Below, in pieces: positions 1 to 11,413 of a stretch of 64,000 bases of DNA. Where the stretch lies: positions 41,540,001 through 41,604,000 of the forward strand of contig NC_059432.1 in assembly GCF_021028975.2 (NCBI RefSeq). Reading direction: 5' to 3'. This stretch comes from Sphaerodactylus townsendi (Eukaryota). How positions within the stretch are numbered: the stretch's first letter is position 1; every line of letters begins with the position of its first letter. A model generated the notes under the pieces. The model was not told the DNA's origin. It made no database searches and saw only the letters and a program-made list of their open reading frames with translations. The position numbers and the translations under genes are program-made.

Positions 1-606
1 GGGGAGGCTCTGTGCACATCATCTTAATATCTACAATTGCATTGTCTGGCTGTGGCTTCTACGCACCTGATAATTTGATATGTGACTGGCTGTGTGTGTT
101 TCAGTGGGTGGCAGACAGGGCATACACTAGTCCTGTTGCTCTTTTGGTTTATGAAAATTACAAATGTGCATCACTGGAAGCCACTGGCTTAGGAAAATCG
201 TTTCGGAAACTGCCATTCTAGCTTGAACATTTTAGCTAGAATGTGACCAACCACAAAATTCAGTTTAAATGGTGATTCATTCTCAGGCTTTCTGTCTCAT
301 TGAAAAGAGCCACATGTGCACAGGAAGGGCATTTTTGCTGATTTTGCCCCATGCTGTTCCTGAGGTGCCCCTAGCATTCCCTTTCCCACTGCAGCCCAAA
401 ATGCTGCTGAGGGGGGCAGAGAAGACATGCCGGGTCGGCCGGGCACCGGCGCTCCGTGGCGCCAGCTGCCCGGCTGTTCCCAGGACCGTCCATGCGGACG
501 GTCCCAGTGTCGGCGGGTCGGCGTCATAAACGCCGACCCGGTCGTTTCCACCTTTGTGCGGAAACGGCCCTTGAATCTCCTTACAGAAAAGGTGGGGTAT
601 AAATCC

Positions 607-784
607 NNNNNNNNNNNNNNNNNNNNNNNNNNNNNNNNNNNNNNNNNNNNNNNNNNNNNNNNNNNNNNNNNNNNNNNNNNNNNNNNNNNNNNNNNNNNNN
701 NNNNNNNNNNNNNNNNNNNNNNNNNNNNNNNNNNNNNNNNNNNNNNNNNNNNNNNNNNNNNNNNNNNNNNNNNNNNNNNNNNNN
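607..784. other. Assembly gap
   Basis: Run of N. Confidence 1.
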
Positions 785-1028
785 TCCATCCTAGGCATGA
801 TACAATGACTTCTCTGCCCCCTCAGCAGCATTTTGGGCTGCAGTGGGAAAGGGAATGCTAGGGGCACCTCAGGAACAGCATGGGGCAAAATCAGCAAAAA
901 TGCCCTTCCTGTGCACATGTGGCTCTTTTCAATGAGACAGAAAGCCTGAGAATGAATCACCATTTAAACTGAATTTTGTGGTTGGTCACATTCTAGCTAA
1001 AATGTTCAAGCTAGAATGGCAGTTTCCG

Positions 1029-1279
1029 TGCCGGGTGGGGGAGGCGGGGTAGGGGAGGCGGCGTGAAGCCGCTGTCGTTCGCTCGGCAGCGGCTTCACGG
1101 CGGCGTTTCCCCAAAAAGAGCACTGGGAAGCGCTCTGGAGAAACGGCGGCTTCAGGCCGGGAGGGCGGCGCGAGGGCAGCGCGGCTGTGTTGCAGCTGCA
1201 CCCCCCGTGCGAATGGCGGCCTGGAGACGGTGTTTTTACCGTCTCCAGGCCGCCATGAATTGCCTGTGCAGAAACGGCC
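1029..1279. mobile_element. GC-rich MITE fragment ending GTGCAGAAACGGCC (related fragment at 429-570; another begins ~63940)
   Basis: Shared terminus GTGC(A/G)GAAACGGCC; multiple near-perfect internal hairpins. Confidence 0.55.
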
Positions 1280-1283
1280 AACG

Positions 1284-1513
1284 TGGCTTACAAGTTCCTT
1301 TCCATTCTTCTCCCTACAACAGACACCTTGTGAGGTAGGTGGGGCTGAGAGAGTTCTGACTAGCCCAAGGTCACCCAGCAGGAATGTAGGAGTATGGAAA
1401 CACATCTCATTCACCAGATAAGCCTCCGCCACTCAAGTGGAGGAGTGGGGAATCAAACCCAGTTCTCCAGATTAGAATCCACCTGCTCTTAACCACTACA
1501 CCACGCTGGCTCT
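1284..1513 (-). mobile_element. Related SINE (another partial copy at 59795-59925 +)
   Basis: tRNA-like head and shared body. Confidence 0.75.
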
Positions 1514-4221
1514 ATTAGATGTTCCAGTAACAGAATGGGACATTTATGTTTACACACACACAGTCTCCAAACAGCTGCTCCTGCTGAAGGAGGTAACCTC
1601 AGGAAGAATATATCAGTCACCATGGGAGATGCAACCACTCACCCCTACTTCTGTTGATCTAAGCACCTTCTACCTGCAGAAAACAAGCTTTGGATTCAAT
1701 GGAGCATCTTTATAGTCACACAAGATTTGTGCTTCTGCTCATGATGAACAAATTCTATGATCACAGCCTTCATGAACAAAGAGATAGGAGATTGCCAGAA
1801 ACAGTGGTGTTATTTGCTTGCAGGACAGTGCCCTTGGTTGCTGGGCAGAGAGGATATAAGCCACAGCCCTGTTTTAATTATGGCCCAACTTTTTAAGAGA
1901 ACAGAGCAACCTATAATTTTATAGTTTTATAATTCTATAATTTTACTTTGAGTATATTTGCTATTCTGCAGATCCCTTCCTTAGCTCTGTTGCTTCAAAA
2001 CTAAACATTCTATAAGATAGGATTCTAATGTAGCCAAATGGATGTACTGCTAATGGTTGAACCATGGCAGAAAGAAAGAGCTCTGCTTGAATAACTAAAA
2101 TTCTGTTCCTTTACATATATCTCCATTGGAGCTTGATAACTTAAGAAGACCTGAATCACTGAATGAGTCAGTAAGAGAGAGGAAAAGCAGCAAACCTCCC
2201 CAACATTTTTTGTGCTGCAGAGATCAAACGCAGTAGCCTTTGTACATGAAACAGTAACTGAGCAATGAAAAAGCAGTACACACGACTTCTCAGATAACCT
2301 CTTAGCACAGGGGGTGCAAATCATATTGGCCTGTGCATTAACTATTCCTTTTGCAAAAGTTCTGTTGTAAATGAAGACCTCAAGCTTTAACAGCAGCAAA
2401 AATGTAATCTGGTGAGGCTCTGTATTTCAGGCACAAACAGTCCTAGATTGGCACAATCAATCCTAGACTGACATCGTGTGGTGAAAGATATATTTATATT
2501 ATGGTAAAAAGTATATATCTATAATGGTGGTGTACAGCACCCTCTTGTGGAAGTAAACATGTTTACATGTGTTTTTTTTAAGCTGTTCTTACAAAAGGAA
2601 AAAAAAACATGTCAGGTTGGTGGAGACCAGCTCTGTTTCATTTATCTACCAGCCTGTGTGGAAAAGCCACTGTTAATATGTTTGAAACATCACCAGTTGG
2701 AGTTATGTCTGTAGCTTAGGAGCCTCCACCCAGTTAACAACACCTGCAGCAGTTAGCAGGCATGGGAGCAGCTGCTAAGGATCAGTAATTAAAGAAAGTA
2801 AATGGGAGGAGGTCAGGAGAAGGAGGGGAGGAAGCTAAGCTGGTGGATGCTTGACTCATAAGGAGGGGTTTTTTTGCCCACCCGAAGTTCTTGGAGACTT
2901 TAATTGGTGTACCGAAAGGGATTGATTTTATTTGCTTTGTTTCCTGTTGTTTTGGACTGTTGTAAATAAATGATGTAATTTATTTATGGACCCTGGCTGG
3001 TGTAAACCCTTTTTTTCTGTGAAGTGGCTGGAGAGGAAGAAAAGTTACACTGACTGGCAAGCCTTTATCAGTCTCCTTGGAGATGAGAGGTCTGGGCGAG
3101 GGGCCAGAAGGTGTTGAACATTTCTAGCTAGCAGAACTTCTGTGCACAGCCCACTTAAAGATACTTTATCTTAGTTCCAGCTACTGATTTAGAATTCAAT
3201 TGATTACCCAGTGTATTTCGAAAACTAATCTTGAGGTTTATTAATAGGACCAATAAGTTCTGCTTTATCCATTTTCCATCTTCTGCAACCCAGTACTAGG
3301 GAAACAAATATGTCCTTTTCTAGACTGCTGCACCTCCAAAGTATTGTCACTTAACTCCCAGAGAAAAATCTGCAATTTGTGTACGCCATGACAAGGCTAG
3401 AAGTTTCCTGAATTAATTTGCTATTTCTTAGAGTAGTGGACAGTCCTAAGTGAACTAATAAGGTGTTTTCAGTACTCTGAAATACTAAGTCTGAAGAACA
3501 ATTCTATTATTCAAGTTGGCTTGTTGTACCTCATCTTTATAGGACTCCCCATTTCCCCTCACCCAGTGGACAAGTTCCAGCTTTCCTTGTTCCACTCCTT
3601 GGCCGCTGTCTATATGCCTCTTCCTCACATGCACCTCCTCTTCCCCACTAGCAACTTATGCATCCTTCTCAGCCAGCCATCTCAATACTTCTATGCCCTG
3701 GCCTAGCCTAATAGTGCTGGGCAAAACATGCACCTGGATTTACTGCTCAGGTGTTTACTCATATACCATCTGCAAACTCTTCTCTGCAGTGCTAGGCAGA
3801 GTTTACATCCTGTAGTGTGGGTGGTAAGATGGCTCACAAGCAAGCAGATGGGCAATAGGTGAGGCAAGCAAGTGTGGGTGACAGCAGTGGGCCCTACCAG
3901 AAGCCCTGGGCCTCAGCAGCCACCCAGAGTGTAACCCACTAATTTAAATTTCTTTATCCTATTAGGGTAAGTCTGCAATGATTTTACATTAGATAAGAGC
4001 CAAACAGGTAGTTTCAAGTAATGCTGGCTTCTGTTACTATTACTACATTTTTGCCATGATCACCTCCTTTTACAATAGCAAGGTATTCTCCAAAGGTATT
4101 CTCCAAAGCAAGGTATTCTCCAAAGACCACGCCAGACCTTCTGAGATCTGGAGGGAGGGCGGGGGGGCTACAGATGAGAATTCCTTTTTTGCAATGGTGG
4201 CTTAGCTGTTCAAATTTCTAA

Positions 4222-4435
4222 GGGGGTTGGACCATGATTAGTGGTAGAGCATCTGTCTGACATGCAAAATGTCCCACATCTGATTCCTGGCATCTCCAGT
4301 TAAAAGGATCAGGTAATAGCATATATGAAAGACTTCTGCCAGACATCCTGGACAATCAACTGCCATTCTGAATAGACAATACTGACTGTGATGGACCAAT
4401 AGTCTGATTAAGTGAATGGCAGCCTCATGTGCTCA
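4222..4435 (+). mobile_element. Older tRNA-derived SINE
   Basis: AGTGGTAGAGCAT..GATTCCTGGCATCTCCA tRNA-like head. Confidence 0.55.
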
Positions 4436-4642
4436 TGAGATTTTCATCACACCATCTTCACTGTTACTTTCCCCAAGTATTTAACAATAAAGGCTACTTG
4501 ATGGGTCTATCTTCTTTTTTCAAACCTTTAATACTTCATTCACTGTTAGTTCTATTCTGCCTTTTATTAGATGTTCTGGTCCTTTAGTGACCTTTAATCG
4601 GCATGTCATGATTTCAACATGTTTCAAACTAGGGGAGTTTAA

Positions 4643-5606
4643 ACTATATATATATATATAAATCTAACAGTGTGTTTGTCCCTGATGGTGTGCCTCAAAA
4701 GCTGCTGGACGGATCGCCCCCAAATTTTCACAGGACGTCCCTCCCTGTTGCTGGCAGGTACTCGGACCTTCAAACCACCGAAAGTCCATACCTTGAAGCT
4801 GTTTGTGTTTAACTGTCACCCTTAGAATGTTCGTGCAGCCTGTCTGTCTGTGGCCTGAGGGCTTGGTATGAGGGCTTAGAATGTTCGTGCAGATGGGCAG
4901 AGATGAGCAGTGGAAACAGTAAATAGGCAATACTGGTAGGTAATACGAGTGGAAGTGAAACACATACACACTTTGCCGTGTGAAACGTCAGGTGGGCCCC
5001 CCCCCTCACACGCAGGTAACTTTCACTCTCTGTGCCTCACACAACACACATCCAGTTCATCCTCACACACCTCACTCTGCCCTCCCTCACATCCAAACAC
5101 CACTTACCCACTTCCTCACCCAGATTTGCCACAGCTCTCTTTTACTAAAAGCGAGTTGGAGTTTGCCTTTTTCTTCTAAGAAAATCCGCGGGGTGGGGGC
5201 GAACCAACACTACCGGCTCCGCTTCTCTTGCACATGGCCCTTTACGAACCCAGGGAGCTGGCCTCGATCTGAGTGCCTCACCACCCTGCCTCTGCTGCCT
5301 GACTGGGATAGCCTCCTTGCCCCAGTTCTGCCTTCCCCAAGCCAGGACTGTGCATGTCAACCAGCCTCATGGACAGCGGGATTCGCACTCTGGACAGTTC
5401 CACTGTGGAATGGAAAGGGTTACCTTATACTAAAAAAACAAGACACCACCATATAATGATGTGCATTGAAAAGGGAAAGAGGGATTCCATTTGACCACCC
5501 CAAAAGGCTATGCTGGGGATCATTGGACCTGCATGGACATCTGTGTGTGTTGCGGACTGTGAGGAGAAGGACAATTGCCACAGCAACGCGTGGCTGGGCC
5601 CGCTAG
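4643..5606 (+). mobile_element. Non-autonomous Helitron, copy 1
   Basis: 5' (T)CTATATATA..AATCTAAC; 3' hairpin GCCACAGCAACGCGTGGC followed by terminal CTAG. Confidence 0.8.
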
Positions 5607-6587
5607 TCTTCTATATATATAAAAATCTAACAGTGTGTTTGTCCCTGATGGTCTCCCTCAGAAGCTACTGGACAGATCGCCCCCAAATTTTCACATGACG
5701 TCCCTCCCTGTTGCTGGCAGGTACTCGGACCTTCAAACCACCGAAAGTCCATGCCTGAGCCAGGTAAAACATATTTTTCCTGGAGCACCAGGCCATGAAG
5801 CTGTTTGTGTTTAACTGTCACCCTTAGAATGTTCGTGCAGCCTGTCTGTCTGTGGCCTGAGGGCTTAGAATGTTCGTGCAGATGCGCAGAGATGAGCAGT
5901 GGAAACAGTAAATAGGTAATACTGGTAGGTAATACAAGTGGAAGTGAAACACATACACACTTTACCATGTGAGACGTCAGGTGAGGTCCCCCCCCCCCGT
6001 CTCACACGCAGGTAACTTTCACTCTGTGCCTCACCCACTGCTACCACACAACACACATCCAGCTCATCCTCACACACCTCACTCTGCCATCTCTCACATC
6101 CAAACACCACTTACCCACTTCCTCACCCATATTCACCAGAGCTCTCTTTTACTAAAAGCAAGCTGGAGTTTGCCTTTTTCTTCTAAGAAAATCTGCAGAG
6201 TGGGGGCGAACCAACACTACCTGCTCCGCTTCTTTTGCACGTGGCCCTTTAAAAACCCAGGGAGCTGGCCTCGATCTGAGCACCTCACCACCCTGCCTCT
6301 GCTGCCTGACTGGGATAGCCTCCTTGCCCCAATTCTGCCTTACCCAAGCCAGGACTATGCGTGTCAACCAGCCTCATGGACAGCGGATTCACACTCTGGA
6401 CAGTTCTGTTGTGGAATGGGAAGGGTTACCTTATACTAAAAAAACAAGACAGCACCATATAACGATGTGCATTGATCACCCCAAAAGGCTATGCTGGGGA
6501 TCACTGGACCTGCATGGACATCTGCGTGGGTTGCAGACTGTGCTGAGAAGGACAATTGCCACAGCAACGCGTGGCTGGGCCCACTAG
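5607..6587 (+). mobile_element. Non-autonomous Helitron, copy 2 (tandem with copy 1)
   Basis: Starts TCTTCTATATATATAAAA; same body as copy 1; 3' hairpin plus CTAG followed by T. Confidence 0.82.
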
Positions 6588-7721
6588 TTCAGTATAAAGC
6601 CCTTTCAGTTTACGGTTCTACACTGGACATCATCCGTTGATCCGAATCCAAATAAAGTGATACAAGGATGGGTGTTTCATACAGCTCGTTTCAGTCTGTC
6701 TGTGAGCCATCTCTGAAGCGCTCTGGTCATTTCAAATATTTTCCTGGTTTTTTGTGCATAATGTTCTTTTTTGGCTACAGCAACAGGCATGTTAATGGTA
6801 CAGCTATAGTGCAAATCTTAGAATTTAAAAAAAAAGCTGGAAAAGAATGCCTGACAGAAAAAAATAGTGGTCCTTTCAGAAGGTGCTGTAGGCAGTTCAG
6901 ACAACACATTGGAGCGATTCAGAAACACAAGAAAGAACTGAAAACAGGATAAAGCAGTTTTCATTTTAAAAAATGGCCCCTGGATACCAATGAAATGCAA
7001 GCAGTTTTGTGTAAAAAGGTTTTTTAAATCCACTAGCAGTTATGTCTACTGGCACCCCCTTGGGAGTGAGGAGTTCTCAGAGGAACAGCAGGGCCAGGTT
7101 GAGAACCAACAGGGACTGAGCTCAGAGCAGCCATAGTCCCTCCAGGGTGAACAGCAGGCTAGCCAGGTTTCAGAGCCCAAAGTGCCTGCAGAAGCAGGCT
7201 GTTCACCTAGTCCTGCCCCAGCTGAGGTGCCTCAGGCAAGTAGCTCACCTGAGCCCATTCATCATCAGAGACAACTCTGCAGAGATCTGCTAAAGGCTAA
7301 AAGGCAAAGTGTGTTTGCTGGCTCAGAGAAGGCACCTCCTTCAGCAGGAGGAATCAGATTCCTCACAAGATGAGAGCTGGGCTCCTGGTAGACCCTACAT
7401 CAGGGACGATTGCAGAGCACACCAGCCTGGATGCAACGAAGCAAGTTAACTGCTGCATTGCATCCTCTTACTGCACTGACTGTGTGGACTCTGACCCTCA
7501 GACCTAACCTTTCAACTGAATCTGCATGACGGGTCCTTGATTTGGCTTTCTCGGACTGTGGACTTCTGTTGTCAGCTCCCAGTTCCCGTCTTTTCTCCAC
7601 AGTTCTGTGCTGTAACTTCAAACCTCAGGCCAGCAGCCTAACTCAGGGCAGGCAATTTGTGGTCAATTATGCAGCACAGATACAGGCAGTACTGACACCT
7701 GAAATAATTTCATCTACAAGA

Positions 7722-8035
7722 GGGAGCAGCAGTGGCATAGTGGCTAAGAGCAATGGCTAACAGCAGGTGCACTCTGATCTGGAGGAACCAGGTTTGATTC
7801 TCTGCTCTGCTGCCTGAGCTGTGGAGGCTTATCTGGGGAATCCAGATTAGCCTGTACACTCCCACACACGCCAGCTGGGTGACCTTGGGATAGTCACAGA
7901 TTTTTGGAGCTCTCAGCCCCACCCACCTCACAGGGTGTTTGTTGTGAGGGGGGAAGGGCAAGGAGATTGTAAGCCCCTTTGAGTCTCCTACAGGAGAGAA
8001 AGGGGGGATATAAATCCAAACTCTTCTTCTTCTTT
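7722..8035 (+). mobile_element. tRNA-derived SINE with (CTT)n tail (Squam3-like)
   Basis: A box TGGCATAGTGG, B-box-like GGTTTGATTC, (CTT)n tail; many copies in the window. Confidence 0.85.
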
Positions 8036-8243
8036 TGTGCATAAACAGAAGGCGAAGCTACAAGGGGACGAGGGAGTGTACGTTATTCCGGGCGCACGCC
8101 TGGGAGGGCACAAAAAATCAGGTTTGTGGGTTTTAAAAATGTTTTTCAGTTGTTTCAGAACTATTTTAGCCTTTGCAGAGGCAGGCAATGGCAAACCAGC
8201 TCTGAAAATGAGAAACACAGAGAGGGAGAGAGATGACTCATAA

Positions 8244-8720
8244 CAACCTCCCATTGCCTTTGTAAACAATGCAAGAATTTTGAGATGGGCTTTTTGCTTA
8301 CAGGATTTCCAGTTTGAAATTTCCCCCATCAAAGGATCACAGAATATAGCGGCTGATGCGCTCAGCCATTGCAATGAAGAACAGATGAGTACTTTTGCAA
8401 AGTGCTCAAGGGTATTGCATTTCTTGTTAGTTTGTTGTGTGTATTTTATGTTAACCTGATTTTCTTTTATTCTGTGTTGCTATACTAAGTGTTACGAATG
8501 TACTGCATTTGTAATTAGCAGAACTGCGTATTAGATAGAGATGGTTCATATTGCCTTAACATCTGACAATTTCTAGGTATGGATAGATGTAATGTGTAGA
8601 CATTGGGGTCTACAAATTTCATCTTTAGAGGGGGCATGTGGAGATGTTGTTCCGTCTGATCCAGGCCGGGCAGCAGCTTCCAACCCAGGTCTGCAACAAG
8701 ACATGTTTTGGAATGATGCT
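8244..8720 (+). mobile_element. Gypsy LTR-retrotransposon remnant (RNase H C-terminus, 3' region, PPT, start of LTR)
   Basis: Frame from 8244 reads QPPIAFVNNARILRWAFCLQDFQFEISPIKGSQNIAADALS; purine tract AGAGGGGGCA then TGT at ~8627-8639. Confidence 0.75.
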
Positions 8721-10231
8721 GTAGCTGAGAAATCTATGTATTAGAACATTTTCTTATTTTCTGTTTTTCAATAAAATATTTGAAAAACTCAGCCGTTTTT
8801 GAATATCTGGAAAAAAGAACCCAGGATTTACAAGACAGGCGTGGACTCCCTCACTCCGGGTCTTTGGCAGTACCCAACTAGTATGCGTTACACCAGCTCT
8901 GAACATGGAGGTGTCATTAAGGGCAAATCCTCAATGAATTCACCCAGTTTCTTTTTAAGGTCATTTAACCTAATTACAGTGATGCCATGTGTCATTAAAC
9001 TCCGTAAAGGTATATTGTGTGGTAGAATGATTTCAGTCTGTCCAAGATACACTGCCTGATATCAAGTCATCCAACTTCCATTATGGTACAGGGACAAAAA
9101 AAAACATAGTTTCTACATAATATGTCCCACTAGGGTTGCCAACAGACCTGGATAAAGTGTCCCATCCCTTCCATAAAGGCTTGACTGGAATTTATTTACT
9201 AGGTGACATTTACGCTTATACCCTGAAAAACTTCAGCTGGCCATTTCCACACATTAAGTCTTTGCTAAAAGGACAGGTGGCAACCTTACACCTCACACTC
9301 AGTTGTCTCCCCCACCACCCAAAAAAATCCCTCTAAACCCTTTTAAAAGCTTTAACGTTACTGCATAACAGGACGTTCTCCAACCTCTTGATCATTGTAG
9401 TTACTTTTCTATATCTGTTCCAGTTCTGACATGCATTGAAACTGTACATATTATTCCATACGAGACACATCATGCATTTATACAATGACATTTTAATAAA
9501 AAATGTCTTCCCCCACTTCCCTCAATATCCCCAATGCAATTTTTCCACTGTCATAAAGTCTGTTTTCATGTAAGTTTTTACTATGACCAAGATCACTTTC
9601 TGTTACTGTCAGTTCAGCAACAATCACTATTGATATTAAGATGAGATTTCTTTTTTGCATCAGTGTACACCTTTGTGACAGTCACAAAGGTCACATTTGA
9701 CAATGGCCACAGAGACCTAATTCAAAACCCATGCTCTGCTATGAAGCTTGCTGTGTGACCTTCTGCCCATCACAGTTAGCCTAACATATCTCGATAGGCT
9801 TGTTGTACAGATAAAATGGAAGGGTGGAGAATAATGTATGCTGCTTTGAGTTCTTCGGAGAAAGAGCAAGGCAAGTATTAATACCCCAGCAGCCATCCTG
9901 CTTCAAAGGTTTCTTGAGAAGTTCTTTACAGTCCTCTTAGTTTTCACCATCCTGAATTATTTTGCATCATTTGTAGACATGACTATTTTGCCCCAACAGC
10001 AGGTTGTTTTGAAGAATTAGCACCTCTCCCAATTTAGATCCCTGAACCTGACAAAACTGATTTCTAATCTGTAACCTTGCACCCTCACCCCATGACTGCC
10101 AGACCGCCCACATTTCCATGCATCCCTCTTTTCATCCAAGAAGCTCAAAGCAGCATACATGGGTTTCACCAAAGGATTAGTGAAGCATGACTTCTATTTG
10201 CAGAAGCTAGGCAAGGCTTGTTCTTCTAGAA

Positions 10232-10481
10232 CAGGGCTCGGCAACCTTTACCACCCAAAGAGCCATTTGAACCTGTTTTCCACGGCCCCGAAGATCTACC
10301 GAGCAGGAGAGGCGGCTCCACACGGAGCCACCTCCAGTTTGGCTCCTCCACTCACCTTTCCTTCCAGCGCTGCTTTGGAGGGACACACCCACGCTACCTC
10401 TGACCTCCAGGCCACGTGGAGCCACAGTATAAGGCTGAAAGAGCCACATGCGGCTCCAGAGCCGCGGGTTGCAGACCCCTG
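10232..10481. mobile_element. hAT (Charlie-like) MITE
   Basis: TIRs CAGGGCTCGGCAACC / GGTTGCAGACCCCTG; perfect TSD TTCTAGAA. Confidence 0.85.
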
Positions 10482-11101
10482 TTCTAGAACAAAACAGTAT
10501 CAATAATAATGCTTTCTGCACATTTCCTGGAGAGACATGAGGTTAAATGATTGGTAATTTCTCTGACCTGTTCTAAAAAAATCAGCATTGCAGTGGTTAC
10601 CCTCCAGTAACTCTGGAAAAATGCTTACTAATAAAACTGCATTTTGGTTAAAATAACAATTTAAGAACTCTCCGATATATGAGGCCAAGAAATGTTGACT
10701 GGTTAACTTTTCACTTTCTTTTACATGAACCATCTCATGACTTCCACTTGATTCAGTTCTTAAGGTGATCTCTGACCAAAATGCAATGAACTGCAATGAA
10801 GTTTTGCAGTGCAATTAAGCTTTATTCAGCTTTAACTGATTTGTCTTCTAACAGACCAGCATTCTCCCCGTTTAAGTTTGGCAACCCTAGGGAGCCACCT
10901 CAACCCTATTTCACCAACCCCTTTCCACAGCTTGTCAGTTAACAAAAGTACAAGTAACTCAGATACTATCTGTGAGGTATCACAGATGAAATTGTTCTTC
11001 ACAAGGCTTGAATGTTTTCAAAGGATTTATGCTCACCAATCACTTCTGTGAATAAAAGGAAAACAAAAATACTGTGAAACGCACATTTTGAACATTCCAA
11101 C

Positions 11102-11217
11102 TTTAATTCAATTTGAAGATGGTCACAACTTTGCATTTGGGGCAAAAACCTACATTTACATAAACCACTAGCATGGCCTTGTGAAGTATGACAAACTATC
11201 AGAAATTGTGTTTTATT
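11102..11217 (-). terminator. Candidate GLRX3 polyadenylation signals (AATAAA 11217-11212; ATTAAA 11107-11102)
   Basis: Hexamers about 100 and 200 nt after the stop; the ATTAAA is followed by a GT/T-rich tract on the minus strand. Confidence 0.55.
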
Positions 11218-11311
11218 CCTTCTGTCAGGATCAAGTCATAAATTGTTCCACTGCAATTTTTTTTTGTTATGCTTTGTATTTGAATAGTTTGTATTAATGT
11301 GTCCATTTGCA

Positions 11312-11362
11312 TTAATTTTCTCCTTTCAAAACAGATGATAATTCTCCATTTTCATTCAATTC
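11312..11362 (-). CDS. GLRX3: GLRX3 exon 11, final coding part (ELNENGELSSVLKGEN*)
   Basis: CAG acceptor after a long pyrimidine tract; TAA stop at 11314-11312; exon lengths sum to 1008 nt = 335 aa + stop. Confidence 0.95.
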   Translation of the reverse strand, partial: ELNENGELSSVLKGEN

Positions 11363-11368
11363 CTGTAA

Positions 11369-11413
11369 GGGGGGGGGGGGCGGGGGGGAAGAGAGAGAGA
11401 GAGAGAGACAGAG
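11369..11413. repeat. Poly-G plus (GA)n microsatellite, forming the polypyrimidine tract of GLRX3 intron 10
   Basis: Seen directly, adjacent to the exon 11 acceptor. Confidence 0.9.

Noticed and set aside
283-963. 226-aa and 144-aa ORFs, and the identical N-termini of ORFs 269+ and 963-
   Set aside because: They span Ns and arise from the inverted duplication
2610-3049. Possible solo LTR (TG…CA, AATAAA); 7043-7653 is similar
   Set aside because: No TSD or second copy visible; not supportable without a search
4078-4125. Three short repeats of AGGTATTCTCCAAAG
   Set aside because: Simple slippage duplication with no spacers; not CRISPR-like
4664-6587. Paired similar ORFs (158 aa and 156 aa, etc.) that look like a duplicated gene
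   Set aside because: They lie within the two Helitron copies; no recognisable domain or splice structure
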